IMG/VR virus record: IMGVR_UViG_3300022555_000054
Length of the DNA stretch: 20,000 nt
Source of the DNA: an uncultured virus (IMG/VR IMGVR_UViG_3300022555_000054)
Taxonomy: Duplodnaviria; Heunggongvirae; Uroviricota; Caudoviricetes
Strand: one strand, 5' to 3'
Positions 7,629 to 14,370 of the stretch are shown piece by piece. Positions within the stretch are counted from its first letter, which is position 1. Each line of letters starts with the position of its first letter. The translations under genes were made by a program, and so were the position numbers. The notes beneath the pieces were generated by a model. The model made no database searches and was not told the DNA's origin. It saw only the letters and a program-made list of their open reading frames with translations.

Positions 7629-8186
7629 CTATTCACCCCTCATCAAAGTAACAGGCTCGGCGAGATGGTCGTCGTAGGGACTCCTGAGCGACATCACCGC
7701 CCCTTGACCGCCGCTGAACGTAAACAGAAGTGCATTGTTCGAGATCGGCCCGTCTTGTATTTTTAATTCATCAAGCTGGCTCATCATCCGGACGTATTCC
7801 AGGTTAAACGGAACCCCGTTTATGTTTATTGACCTCTCAACTATGAGATCAATCTTACCAGTCCCTTCGCAACATTCGCATTCGCAGTCACAACTCGGAC
7901 AATCATGCTCCGTCCCACGACCCTCGCACTCCGGGCATTCCTCCGATTTCTTTGCAGGAGAGCCAGGAAGCGCGGGGAACGCCGCCGGATAGAGCTGGAC
8001 AGATGAATGCCCTTCAAAAATATTCAGGAGCATGCTGATGTCGCCAGGGCATTCGCGGGTTACTGACGGAATCCTTGGGATGCGGACGGCGATATGGCCG
8101 TTCGCGGCGTATGTCCATTCTCCCGCTGAGAACGGATGATCAGTGTTGACAGATGTCCAGCAGAAATCATCAAGAGAAAACTTCAT
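7629..8186 (-). CDS. Zn-finger protein (CxxCxGxG motifs) with beta-clamp-like motifs
   Basis: CPECEGRG...CPSCDCECECCEGTG; YAANGH, FNLEYV and terminal AVMSLR motifs; AGGGAGG RBS before ATG at 8186. Confidence 0.7.
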   Translation of the reverse strand: MKFSLDDFCWTSVNTDHPFSAGEWTYAANGHIAVRIPRIPSVTRECPGDISMLLNIFEGHSSVQLYPAAFPALPGSPAKKSEECPECEGRGTEHDCPSCDCECECCEGTGKIDLIVERSININGVPFNLEYVRMMSQLDELKIQDGPISNNALLFTFSGGQGAVMSLRSPYDDHLAEPVTLMRGE

Positions 8187-8188
8187 CT

Positions 8189-8365
8189 TCACTTCCCTCC
8201 CTGCGCCAAAGCCACCCACTCGCCACAGCTGTTCTTGACGTGCATCAGCCCAGCATCGGCGACATCGCGCAGGCTCTTGAACCCGAGAAGGACGACGGTG
8301 CCGCCCGTGAGGTAAAGCTGGCCGTCGTTCCGGCCGCGTAGGGGCTTGAGGGTGAGGGTTTGCAT
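8189..8365 (-). CDS. Small hypothetical protein (MQTLTLKPLRGRNDGQLYL...)
   Basis: GGAG RBS before ATG at 8365. Confidence 0.6.
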   Translation of the reverse strand: MQTLTLKPLRGRNDGQLYLTGGTVVLLGFKSLRDVADAGLMHVKNSCGEWVALAQGGK

Positions 8366-8379
8366 CGTGTGTCTCCGGG

Positions 8380-8740
8380 AAAGGGGCCGGGGCTTTTGAC
8401 GGCCCCGGCAGTTAGGGAGGAATCCTGCCGCCATGTCTCGAAACGACCTGCGGACAGCCGGCGGAATGGCTCTCCGAAGGTGCCGGGCTCTCACCGGCTG
8501 CGATATCACGCGTGCCTCATCGCGGCCCCATTAACGCAGAGCTGCGGGTGGGTGATCCGGGCTCACACCACCAAGGCACCATCGTCGGCCTCTCGGCCGA
8601 TTCTTGGCCCTGGCGCCTCGCGGGGCCGATTGATCTGCGTGGTCACCGTTCCACAAGTTCGCGCGCAGTCAATCGGGTCATCCGGGCTCTCCAGGGCCAC
8701 CCCCACCGCTAACTTCGGACGGGAGGCGGCGGGGGAACTT
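8380..8740 (-). ncRNA. Candidate structured RNA / cis-regulatory element in the early left transcript
   Basis: Many nested perfect stems, duplicated GAGCCCGGAT(G/C)ACCC...CCGCGA module, GAGA tetraloop, T-loop-like hairpin, two CUCCC-loop hairpins. Confidence 0.55.
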
Positions 8741-8742
8741 GT

Positions 8743-9294
8743 TCAGGCGGCCTCAGCCACCGACTCTGCGGCACCCTCCGGCGTCCACAACTCGGCGTGC
8801 AGCTCGGCCATATCGCAGGCCAGCCCATATTCGCGGCCGTGAACGCCGGAACCATGCTCGGCGGCGACGGCGGCGCGGAACTCTTCGAGCGAGCCGAAAA
8901 AGCAGCCAGCGCGGACCTTGATTCCGGCGTCGGTGAGGAAAAACAGGACGCTGTCGGAGCGCGACCCGATGGGGCTAATGGCGACGATGGGGCGTCGGCC
9001 GACAAGCTTTATCCCGCCGGCCAGATCGGCGCCGGCCAGATCGGCGCCGGCCAGATCGGCGCCGGTCAAATTGGCGCCGGTCAAATAGGCGCCGGCCAGA
9101 TAGGCGCCGGTCAAATTGGCGCCGGTCAAATAGGCGCCGGCCAGATAGGCGCCGGTCAAATTGGCGCCGGTCTTGGTGGCAAGCTTAACAGCCGCCCCAA
9201 GCCTCACGTCAAACGCTTCCGTTTCGAACTCCACCCCCAATTCACATTCAAACTGGGCGGCGCCAGACCAGCGGTTTTTGATCTCGAATTTCAT
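8743..9294 (-). CDS. Pentapeptide-repeat protein with DUF5758-like C-terminal domain
   Basis: Ten A(N/Y/D)L(T/A)G repeats; C-terminal [13 protein letters not shown] motif; N-terminal FEIKNRWSG. Confidence 0.9.
   Translation of the reverse strand: MKFEIKNRWSGAAQFECELGVEFETEAFDVRLGAAVKLATKTGANLTGAYLAGAYLTGANLTGAYLAGAYLTGANLTGADLAGADLAGADLAGGIKLVGRRPIVAISPIGSRSDSVLFFLTDAGIKVRAGCFFGSLEEFRAAVAAEHGSGVHGREYGLACDMAELHAELWTPEGAAESVAEAA
9016..9165. repeat. Ten tandem 15-bp repeats (pentapeptide-coding)
   Basis: GCCGG(C/T)CA(G/A)AT(C/T/A)GGC x10; 9061-9105 is identical to 9106-9150. Confidence 0.95.
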
Positions 9295-9327
9295 CGTGGA
9301 ATCCCCTATTGCGCCGGAGCGCGGTTG

Positions 9328-9495
9328 TCAGGCGGCGCGTCGAGTCTCCCGAAGCGCATTCCTGGCGACATCAAGGGCCTCGCGGATGTGCCCTGCGATT
9401 AGCTTGTTGTCGGTCGGCAGGAGCTGCGAGACGGTGGCGCCGAGGGTGTCGGAGATGTCTTGGAGAGCAGCGCGCATGATCTGGTCAGGGGTCAT
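9328..9495 (-). CDS. Small hypothetical protein ([14 protein letters not shown]...)
   Basis: GGGAGGG RBS; TGATG overlap with the upstream gene. Confidence 0.6.
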   Translation of the reverse strand: MTPDQIMRAALQDISDTLGATVSQLLPTDNKLIAGHIREALDVARNALRETRRAA

Positions 9496-9764
9496 CACGC
9501 AGCCCTCCCGAACATGCTGGCGTACACACCGCGCGGTGCCCGGTAGTAATCGGCCTCTGACTCCAGTTCGAGCGAGATGGTCAGTTCTTCGATGGAAAGT
9601 TCCAACTCGACAATCGCGTCGTCGGTCAGGTGGCAGTAGCAATCCTCGATGTGGCGCGTCTCGGCCATATCCGCCGGAGCGGTCAACAGTTCTGCGGCTT
9701 GCTTGAGCAGCGGGAGCGCGGCTTCCATGCGCTTGATCTGTTCGAATTTGCTGATGATTTCCAT
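9495..9764 (-). CDS. Acidic hypothetical protein
   Basis: GGGGAG RBS; Glu-rich C-terminal half. Confidence 0.7.
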   Translation of the reverse strand: MEIISKFEQIKRMEAALPLLKQAAELLTAPADMAETRHIEDCYCHLTDDAIVELELSIEELTISLELESEADYYRAPRGVYASMFGRAA

Positions 9765-9829
9765 GTCCGTAACTCCCCGATCTGTTCCCGCTTCCGCCCT
9801 GGTCCTTTAGGGCCAGGGCGGTGTTGATT

Positions 9830-10309
9830 TCAGGCTTTGTTTTTCAGCAGCGGCAGGTTCTCGGCCCACACGTAGGTGGCGGCCGGCAGCTCCGGCAGCG
9901 CGGTCAGCAGCGGCAGGTTCTCGGCCCACACGTAGGTGGCGGCCGGCAGCTCCGGCAGCGCGGTCAGCAGCGGCAGGTTGATGGCCCACACCTCGGTAGC
10001 GGCCGGCAGCGGCGGCAGCGCGGTCAGCAGCGGCAGGTTCTCGGCCCGCACGTAGGTGGCGGCCGGCAGCGGCGGCAGCGCGGTCAGCAGCGGCAGGTTC
10101 TCGGCCCACACGTAGGTGGCGGCCGGCAGCTCCGGCAGCGCGGTCAGCAGCGGCAGGTTGATGGCCCACACCTCGGTAGCGGCCGGCAGCGGCGGCAGCG
10201 CGGTCACGTCCAGATCGTACATCTCGACCCGCTTCGCGACCCTTAGATCGCTGTCCTTGATTTTATTGGCGCCGATCCTGCGCCCATCGACGATATAATA
10301 CCCAGCCAT
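9830..10309 (-). CDS. Leucine-rich-repeat protein (20-aa LPX-type repeats)
   Basis: Six LTALP(E/P)LPAAT(Y/E)V(W/R)A(E/I)NLPL repeats; AGGGGA RBS. Confidence 0.85.
   Translation of the reverse strand: MAGYYIVDGRRIGANKIKDSDLRVAKRVEMYDLDVTALPPLPAATEVWAINLPLLTALPELPAATYVWAENLPLLTALPPLPAATYVRAENLPLLTALPPLPAATEVWAINLPLLTALPELPAATYVWAENLPLLTALPELPAATYVWAENLPLLKNKA
9845..10204. repeat. Six tandem 60-bp repeats (LRR-coding)
   Basis: Near-identical units in order A A B A' A B; 9901-10020 is identical to 10081-10200. Confidence 0.95.
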
Positions 10310-10439
10310 CGCAATCCCCTATCTGTTGCCCGCCCCAGCTCCTGCTTCCCGTTCCCAGCCCAGCGGTCCCTTTCGGAAGCGGCTCTTAGGGGCTTTCAGT
10401 TTCGGCAGTGGCGGCGGGGTGCGCGGTGTTGATGGGGAG

Positions 10440-10468
10440 ATGATGGCTTACATTTCGTCAGGTGTCAA
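10440..10468 (-). promoter_or_regulatory. PL-like promoter with operator in the spacer
   Basis: TTGACA (10468-10463)-N17-CATCAT (10445-10440); the spacer holds CCTGACGAAATGT (10462-10450), identical to 14344-14356. Confidence 0.75.
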
Positions 10469-10477
10469 CGATTATTT

Positions 10478-10505
10478 CTGACAAATGTAAGATCGCTGCT
10501 ATCCT
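10478..10505 (+). promoter_or_regulatory. Putative rightward promoter overlapping an operator variant
   Basis: CTGACA-N16-TATCCT with TG extension; CTGACAAATGT at 10478-10488. Confidence 0.5.
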
Positions 10506-10547
10506 CCCCTCATCAGTCAGGCGCGGCCTGACGGGGACGCAGGGAGT

Positions 10548-11030
10548 ATGAACATATCTAAGAAGGCGGTTGCTAAGATGCACGACCGGGAGCAGTGGCT
10601 TGCGCTGCGTTCGGAAAAGCGCGGCGGGGGCGATCTCGCCATCCGTGCGGATGGAAAAGACTCCCATGATAAACTGGGCGAAATGTATGAGCCGTGGTCG
10701 AAGTATGCCGGCCCTGATGGAAAAGGACCCGAGCCGAAGAAAGACCCAATTGGGCACTACGGACGGCAATTCAAAAGGATGATCTATCCTGCGCTTGGTA
10801 TTCCACAGGACTTAAAACGAGACGATCTTGAGGCAATGAAACTTACGCAAGCCCTTCGCGCTATCAGCGCAATTGAGAGCGGCCTCGCCGATCTTTTGCG
10901 CGAGGCGATGGCGGCAAATGAGCTGCGGGACCACATCAAGAAACGATATGCCGACTACATCAAAAAGATGGCTGAGCCGTTTCGCGACGCCATCCGACTC
11001 GAACGCGGCATTCTGGAGAAAGCGGCATGA
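10548..11030 (+). CDS. Protein resembling the C-terminal domain of Rha/antirepressor-type phage regulators
   Basis: WLALR...RADGK, HYGRQFKRMIYPALG, KRDDL...IE...AM pattern recalled from Rha-family C-termini; no N-terminal DNA-binding domain evident. Confidence 0.55.
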   Translation: MNISKKAVAKMHDREQWLALRSEKRGGGDLAIRADGKDSHDKLGEMYEPWSKYAGPDGKGPEPKKDPIGHYGRQFKRMIYPALGIPQDLKRDDLEAMKLTQALRAISAIESGLADLLREAMAANELRDHIKKRYADYIKKMAEPFRDAIRLERGILEKAA

Positions 11031-11218
11031 GCTACGAACACATCCATAGGGGCGCATGGCTCATCCGCGATGCCGTCGAGAAGCTCGGAGACATTCCACT
11101 CAAGGGGATGAGCAAGGAGTCCCGATCCGTCATCACTGACACCATCAGATACCTGAACATTCAGGCCGCTCGGCTTGAGTGCTCTTTTTCTGGTAATTCC
11201 GAGGGGGACGCGGCATGA
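11027..11218 (+). CDS. Small hypothetical protein
   Basis: ATGA overlaps at both ends, GGAG RBS. Confidence 0.6.
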   Translation: MSYEHIHRGAWLIRDAVEKLGDIPLKGMSKESRSVITDTIRYLNIQAARLECSFSGNSEGDAA

Positions 11219-11478
11219 GCCAACTTGACGTATTGGGGCCGGGGTTTGGAATGCCGTCCACCGCATTCGACGCATTCGTCGGGTCTGGAAACAAGTGCCG
11301 AAAGGTCGATGTCATTCTTGCTGGCGTTGTCGCCCCCAGAGCAAGCAACAGAGAAATAGCCGATAAGCTATTTTGCTCGGAGAGCACGGTTGCGAAGTGG
11401 AGAAAGCATATCAAACCAGGGGTTGGTGTATTTGTTCGGACTTCTGACGGGTCTACGTTCTCAGTGAGGGCTAAATAA
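11215..11478 (+). CDS. Small HTH protein
   Basis: SNREIADKLFCSESTVAKWR helix-turn-helix. Confidence 0.7.
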   Translation: MSQLDVLGPGFGMPSTAFDAFVGSGNKCRKVDVILAGVVAPRASNREIADKLFCSESTVAKWRKHIKPGVGVFVRTSDGSTFSVRAK

Positions 11479-12818
11479 TGGCGTCATTAGGAATCACAAA
11501 GCTCCGGCGTGATGGTGGAACACAGCCGCGCGCCGGCATCTACACCGACACCGTGGAGGAATATGCCGAAGCCCTCGACTCGGGGGCGTCGTTCCCGCCT
11601 GTGGTCGTTTTCTATGACGGTAGCGACTACTGGCTGGCCGATGGCTTCCACCGGACTATGGCCCATGAGAAGGCCGGGCGCACTGAGATCGCCGTGGATG
11701 TGCGGCAAGGTACACGTCGGGACGCGGTTCTCCATAGTACCGGAGCGAATGCTGCGCATGGCCTTCCAAGGACTCGTCATGACAAGAGGCGGGCTGTCGA
11801 GACGCTGTTGTTCGATGATGAGTGGAGGAAATGGAATGATAGCAAGATTGGAAAGATGACTTCCGTCGATCATAAGACGGTGGCGTCGATCCGTTCGTCC
11901 CTATCTTGGGAATTCCCAAGATGCGACGAGCGTCTTGTTGAGAGAAACGGCACAACCTACACCATGAACACCGCCGCTATCGGCATCGCGCCCGAGGAAG
12001 CTGAGCGCCGGGAGCGCGCCGCTGCTGAGAAAGCTGCGGCGGATGCCCGCGCCCAGGCCGAGAAGGGAGCCGCAGTCCTCAAGGCCGAGCTGGCGGCCAA
12101 GCTCGTGATCATCAGCGCCGGCAGCGCCAACGAGCGGCGCTTGATGGGTGAGCTTGATACTGCCAAAGGTGAGGCCGAGAAGGCCCGCCGAGCTATCAGC
12201 GACGCACTGACCAGGCTTGAGGATGCCAAGTCCGACAAAGCCCGCGCCCTGGCCGACAAGGACGAAGCCAAAAGCAAAGCCGCTGAGCTGGCCGAGAAGG
12301 CCGCCGAGGAAGCGTGGCAGGAGGCGGACGAGAAATATGAGACTATCGTCAACCGCCTGACCCGCGAGGCCAAGGAGGCGAAAGAAGCGGTTGCCGTGGC
12401 AGAAGCAAACTCGAAAAAGGCTGCCGAGGAAATGGCGGCAGCCATGGCGGAGAAAGCTCTTCAGTCCAAGAAGAAAGAATTTGATGAACTAGAAAGAATG
12501 AGTAAAGCCGCTCAGGAAAACTCGAAACGCGCATATGCAGCAGAGCAGTTGGCGAAAGAGCGTCTCGCTGGGTATGACGATTTCATCAAAAAACACAATG
12601 AGGAAATGTCAAAATGGCAACGCGGCGAGGCAGAGACTGCGGAACAGGTCAGGATTGCTACGGGATTGGCCGAGGCCGTTGGAAAGTCCATGTCTGATCT
12701 TATGATGCTAGATCACGCACCACAAGACGCCGCTACGGGGAAATTCCATAGGGCTTCCCAGATGTGCCGGCAGATGGCCGACGCCATCGACCAGTTTCTA
12801 TCCCCGCGCATCGCATGA
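11478..12818 (+). CDS. ParB/Srx N-terminal domain + HTH + long coiled-coil protein
   Basis: TQPR, FPPVVV, LADGFHR (GxHR), NAAHGLP motifs; HTH DSKIGKMTSVDHKTV; Ala/Glu/Lys coiled coil over the C-terminal half. Confidence 0.85.
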   Translation: MASLGITKLRRDGGTQPRAGIYTDTVEEYAEALDSGASFPPVVVFYDGSDYWLADGFHRTMAHEKAGRTEIAVDVRQGTRRDAVLHSTGANAAHGLPRTRHDKRRAVETLLFDDEWRKWNDSKIGKMTSVDHKTVASIRSSLSWEFPRCDERLVERNGTTYTMNTAAIGIAPEEAERRERAAAEKAAADARAQAEKGAAVLKAELAAKLVIISAGSANERRLMGELDTAKGEAEKARRAISDALTRLEDAKSDKARALADKDEAKSKAAELAEKAAEEAWQEADEKYETIVNRLTREAKEAKEAVAVAEANSKKAAEEMAAAMAEKALQSKKKEFDELERMSKAAQENSKRAYAAEQLAKERLAGYDDFIKKHNEEMSKWQRGEAETAEQVRIATGLAEAVGKSMSDLMMLDHAPQDAATGKFHRASQMCRQMADAIDQFLSPRIA

Positions 12819-12822
12819 AACC

Positions 12823-12844
12823 GGGCGGCTTCGGCCGCCCTTTT
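12823..12844 (+). terminator. Rho-independent terminator
   Basis: GGGCGGC-TTCG-GCCGCCC-TTTT right after the ParB-like stop. Confidence 0.85.
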
Positions 12845-12949
12845 CATTCTCGGATCACCATGCTCTCGAACACAATATGCAGGGCGCTTGGGGAATATGA
12901 ATTATAGCGCAGTTATATCATCTGACGCAGCGCCACCGCATTCCATCGG

Positions 12950-13162
12950 TTACTTCTGCGCGCAAGAGAGAAGCTTGGAAACATCTGACCATACATTGGC
13001 ATCAGAATCGTTTTCCAGTTCCTTTGTCACGGCCTTATAGGGAATCCTGGCTTCCGAGTTATGCGCGAACGGCTTCCGGATTTTGTCAACTTGCGCCTGG
13101 GATAGCCCACGGCTGTTCTCGATCATTGGCTCCGCCTTTCCTCGACATATTTCGCCCGTCAT
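12950..13162 (-). CDS. Hypothetical protein, possibly a remnant
   Basis: 70-aa ORF downstream of the second 25-bp repeat/promoter; no clear RBS. Confidence 0.3.
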   Translation of the reverse strand: MTGEICRGKAEPMIENSRGLSQAQVDKIRKPFAHNSEARIPYKAVTKELENDSDANVWSDVSKLLSCAQK

Positions 13163-13232
13163 TCAGGACGCCAATAATCGGCGCCCAGTCGCGGGACGTT
13201 GGAATGATACTGCGACGCTGCACCGTTTCCGT

Positions 13233-13257
13233 CAACCTGAACAGATCAGGCCCGCGC
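13233..13257. repeat. 25-bp direct repeat, copy 1 (contains the CCTGA-N5-TCAGG palindrome)
   Basis: CAACCTGAACAGATCAGGCCCGCGC, identical to 13903-13927. Confidence 0.9.
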
Positions 13258-13284
13258 TCTCTGGGGGCGGCGTGGCGGAAAAAC

Positions 13285-13602
13285 CTACTTCTTCGGCGCG
13301 TCCTGCGTCGGGGCTGGGATGTCGAAGGTGATGTGCGGTATCGGGATAATGCGGGCGGCTACGCTCAGAAAAAACACGGTGGCGACGACAACCCCGCTGG
13401 CCCATGCAAACGTGAGCCGCAGGCCATCAATCTTTCCACCTTGCGATTTCACGTCGTCGATGAGCCTATCAACCTTTGATGACAGATCGCCGATCTTGAG
13501 CATGACGAAGCGGATATCGGACGTAGCATAAAGGTCGCGCGGCGTTGTCGGCGCAAGGTCATCTGGGGATGATAATTCGTCAGGGTTCTGATTCTTGGCC
13601 AC
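13285..13602 (-). CDS. Coiled-coil + single transmembrane protein
   Basis: IGDLSSKVDRLIDDVK heptads followed by hydrophobic FAWASGVVVATVFFLSVAA; GGAGG RBS before GTG. Confidence 0.75.
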   Translation of the reverse strand: MAKNQNPDELSSPDDLAPTTPRDLYATSDIRFVMLKIGDLSSKVDRLIDDVKSQGGKIDGLRLTFAWASGVVVATVFFLSVAARIIPIPHITFDIPAPTQDAPKK

Positions 13603-13870
13603 CGGGCGCCTCCGTGGTCTTAACCTTCAACCACTCCCAGATATTGCGCGGCGCGAAACCAAAATAACCTTCTATCTTAACGACGACGACACCGCTTATC
13701 CCCTCCGGCATCACGCCCACCTTCTCAGAAACCTCCCGCGTCGTCAGTCCTCTGGCGGCCACCAACCACGTGTTGGGCGCGAGCTTCAGGCTGGCACCTG
13801 GAAACTCTCTTTCCACAGCCATATTGAGGGCTGGGTTCTCAGTCACGCTCATGATGGCGAACGGGTTCAT
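13580..13870 (-). CDS. Small alpha/beta protein, possibly Cas2/VapD-like ferredoxin fold
   Basis: NTWLV...TTREVSEKV...VVVVKI..YFG...IWEWL pattern; leaderless start. Confidence 0.65.
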   Translation of the reverse strand: MNPFAIMSVTENPALNMAVEREFPGASLKLAPNTWLVAARGLTTREVSEKVGVMPEGISGVVVVKIEGYFGFAPRNIWEWLKVKTTEAPGGQESEP

Positions 13871-13876
13871 GCGATC

Positions 13877-13927
13877 AATGTAGCCCTGGAGGGTGTTGCT
13901 GGCAACCTGAACAGATCAGGCCCGCGC
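13877..13927 (-). promoter_or_regulatory. Promoter for the 13870 gene plus 25-bp repeat copy 2
   Basis: TTGCCA (13905-13900)-N17-TACATT (13882-13877)-N6-ATG; repeat at 13903-13927 abuts the -35. Confidence 0.7.
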
Positions 13928-13983
13928 CCCGGTCGGGCTCACCCCACCCTGGCCTTGGGGGATTCGGTGGCGGTGGGGGTGGC

Positions 13984-14283
13984 TTATAGCCCCAAGAACT
14001 CCCGCGCGACAACAGTAAGTCCGCCGATGTCGCCATCCTCGACCCAATCGTAGGTGACGCCATACTTAGTCTTCAGATAGCGGACCATGTCCTTCGGTAT
14101 CCGCTGGCCGCGCCTTTTTATCTGGGAGATTCGGGAGTTGATGTCCCACCCCAGATCACGGCCGAAATCAGTCACCGTCTTGCCGGCCCGCGCCGCGCAA
14201 AACTCCACCCTGGAAAAAGCAAACTCCTCGCCCAGGGGACGGATGGTTGGAGGCGTATCCGCCATGCGTGCGTTCTTGACCAT
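13984..14283 (-). CDS. cI: CI-like XRE HTH repressor without S24 peptidase domain
   Basis: TVTDFGRDLGWDINSRISQIKRRG HTH and YGVTYDWVEDG tail; divergent from cro-like gene; start 14283 or 14265. Confidence 0.7.
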   Translation of the reverse strand: MVKNARMADTPPTIRPLGEEFAFSRVEFCAARAGKTVTDFGRDLGWDINSRISQIKRRGQRIPKDMVRYLKTKYGVTYDWVEDGDIGGLTVVAREFLGL

Positions 14284-14288
14284 AGCTA

Positions 14289-14364
14289 ACATTTTGTCAG
14301 CCCCCATCCAAAGAGTCATCGAACAAAATGCACGCTTGACCAACCTGACGAAATGTGAGATGCT
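14289..14364. promoter_or_regulatory. OR region: PR-like promoter and two operator copies
   Basis: TTGACC (14336-14341)-N17-GATGCT (14359-14364)-N6-ATG; CCTGACGAAATGT at 14344-14356 and inverted CTGACAAAATGT at 14300-14289. Confidence 0.75.
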
Positions 14365-14370
14365 GGGGGC

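Noticed and set aside
8470..8510. tRNA gene around the T-loop-like hairpin
   Set aside because: No acceptor stem, D arm or anticodon arm could be built
8797..9402. + strand GQIGA-repeat ORF (and the + strand Gln/Arg-repeat ORF 9821-10246)
   Set aside because: Antisense shadows of the pentapeptide and LRR genes, which have RBSs, family motifs and the operon orientation
9845..10204. CRISPR array or DGR template/variable repeats
   Set aside because: Repeats are contiguous, in frame and lack unique spacers; differences are not adenine-specific; no cas or reverse transcriptase gene in the window
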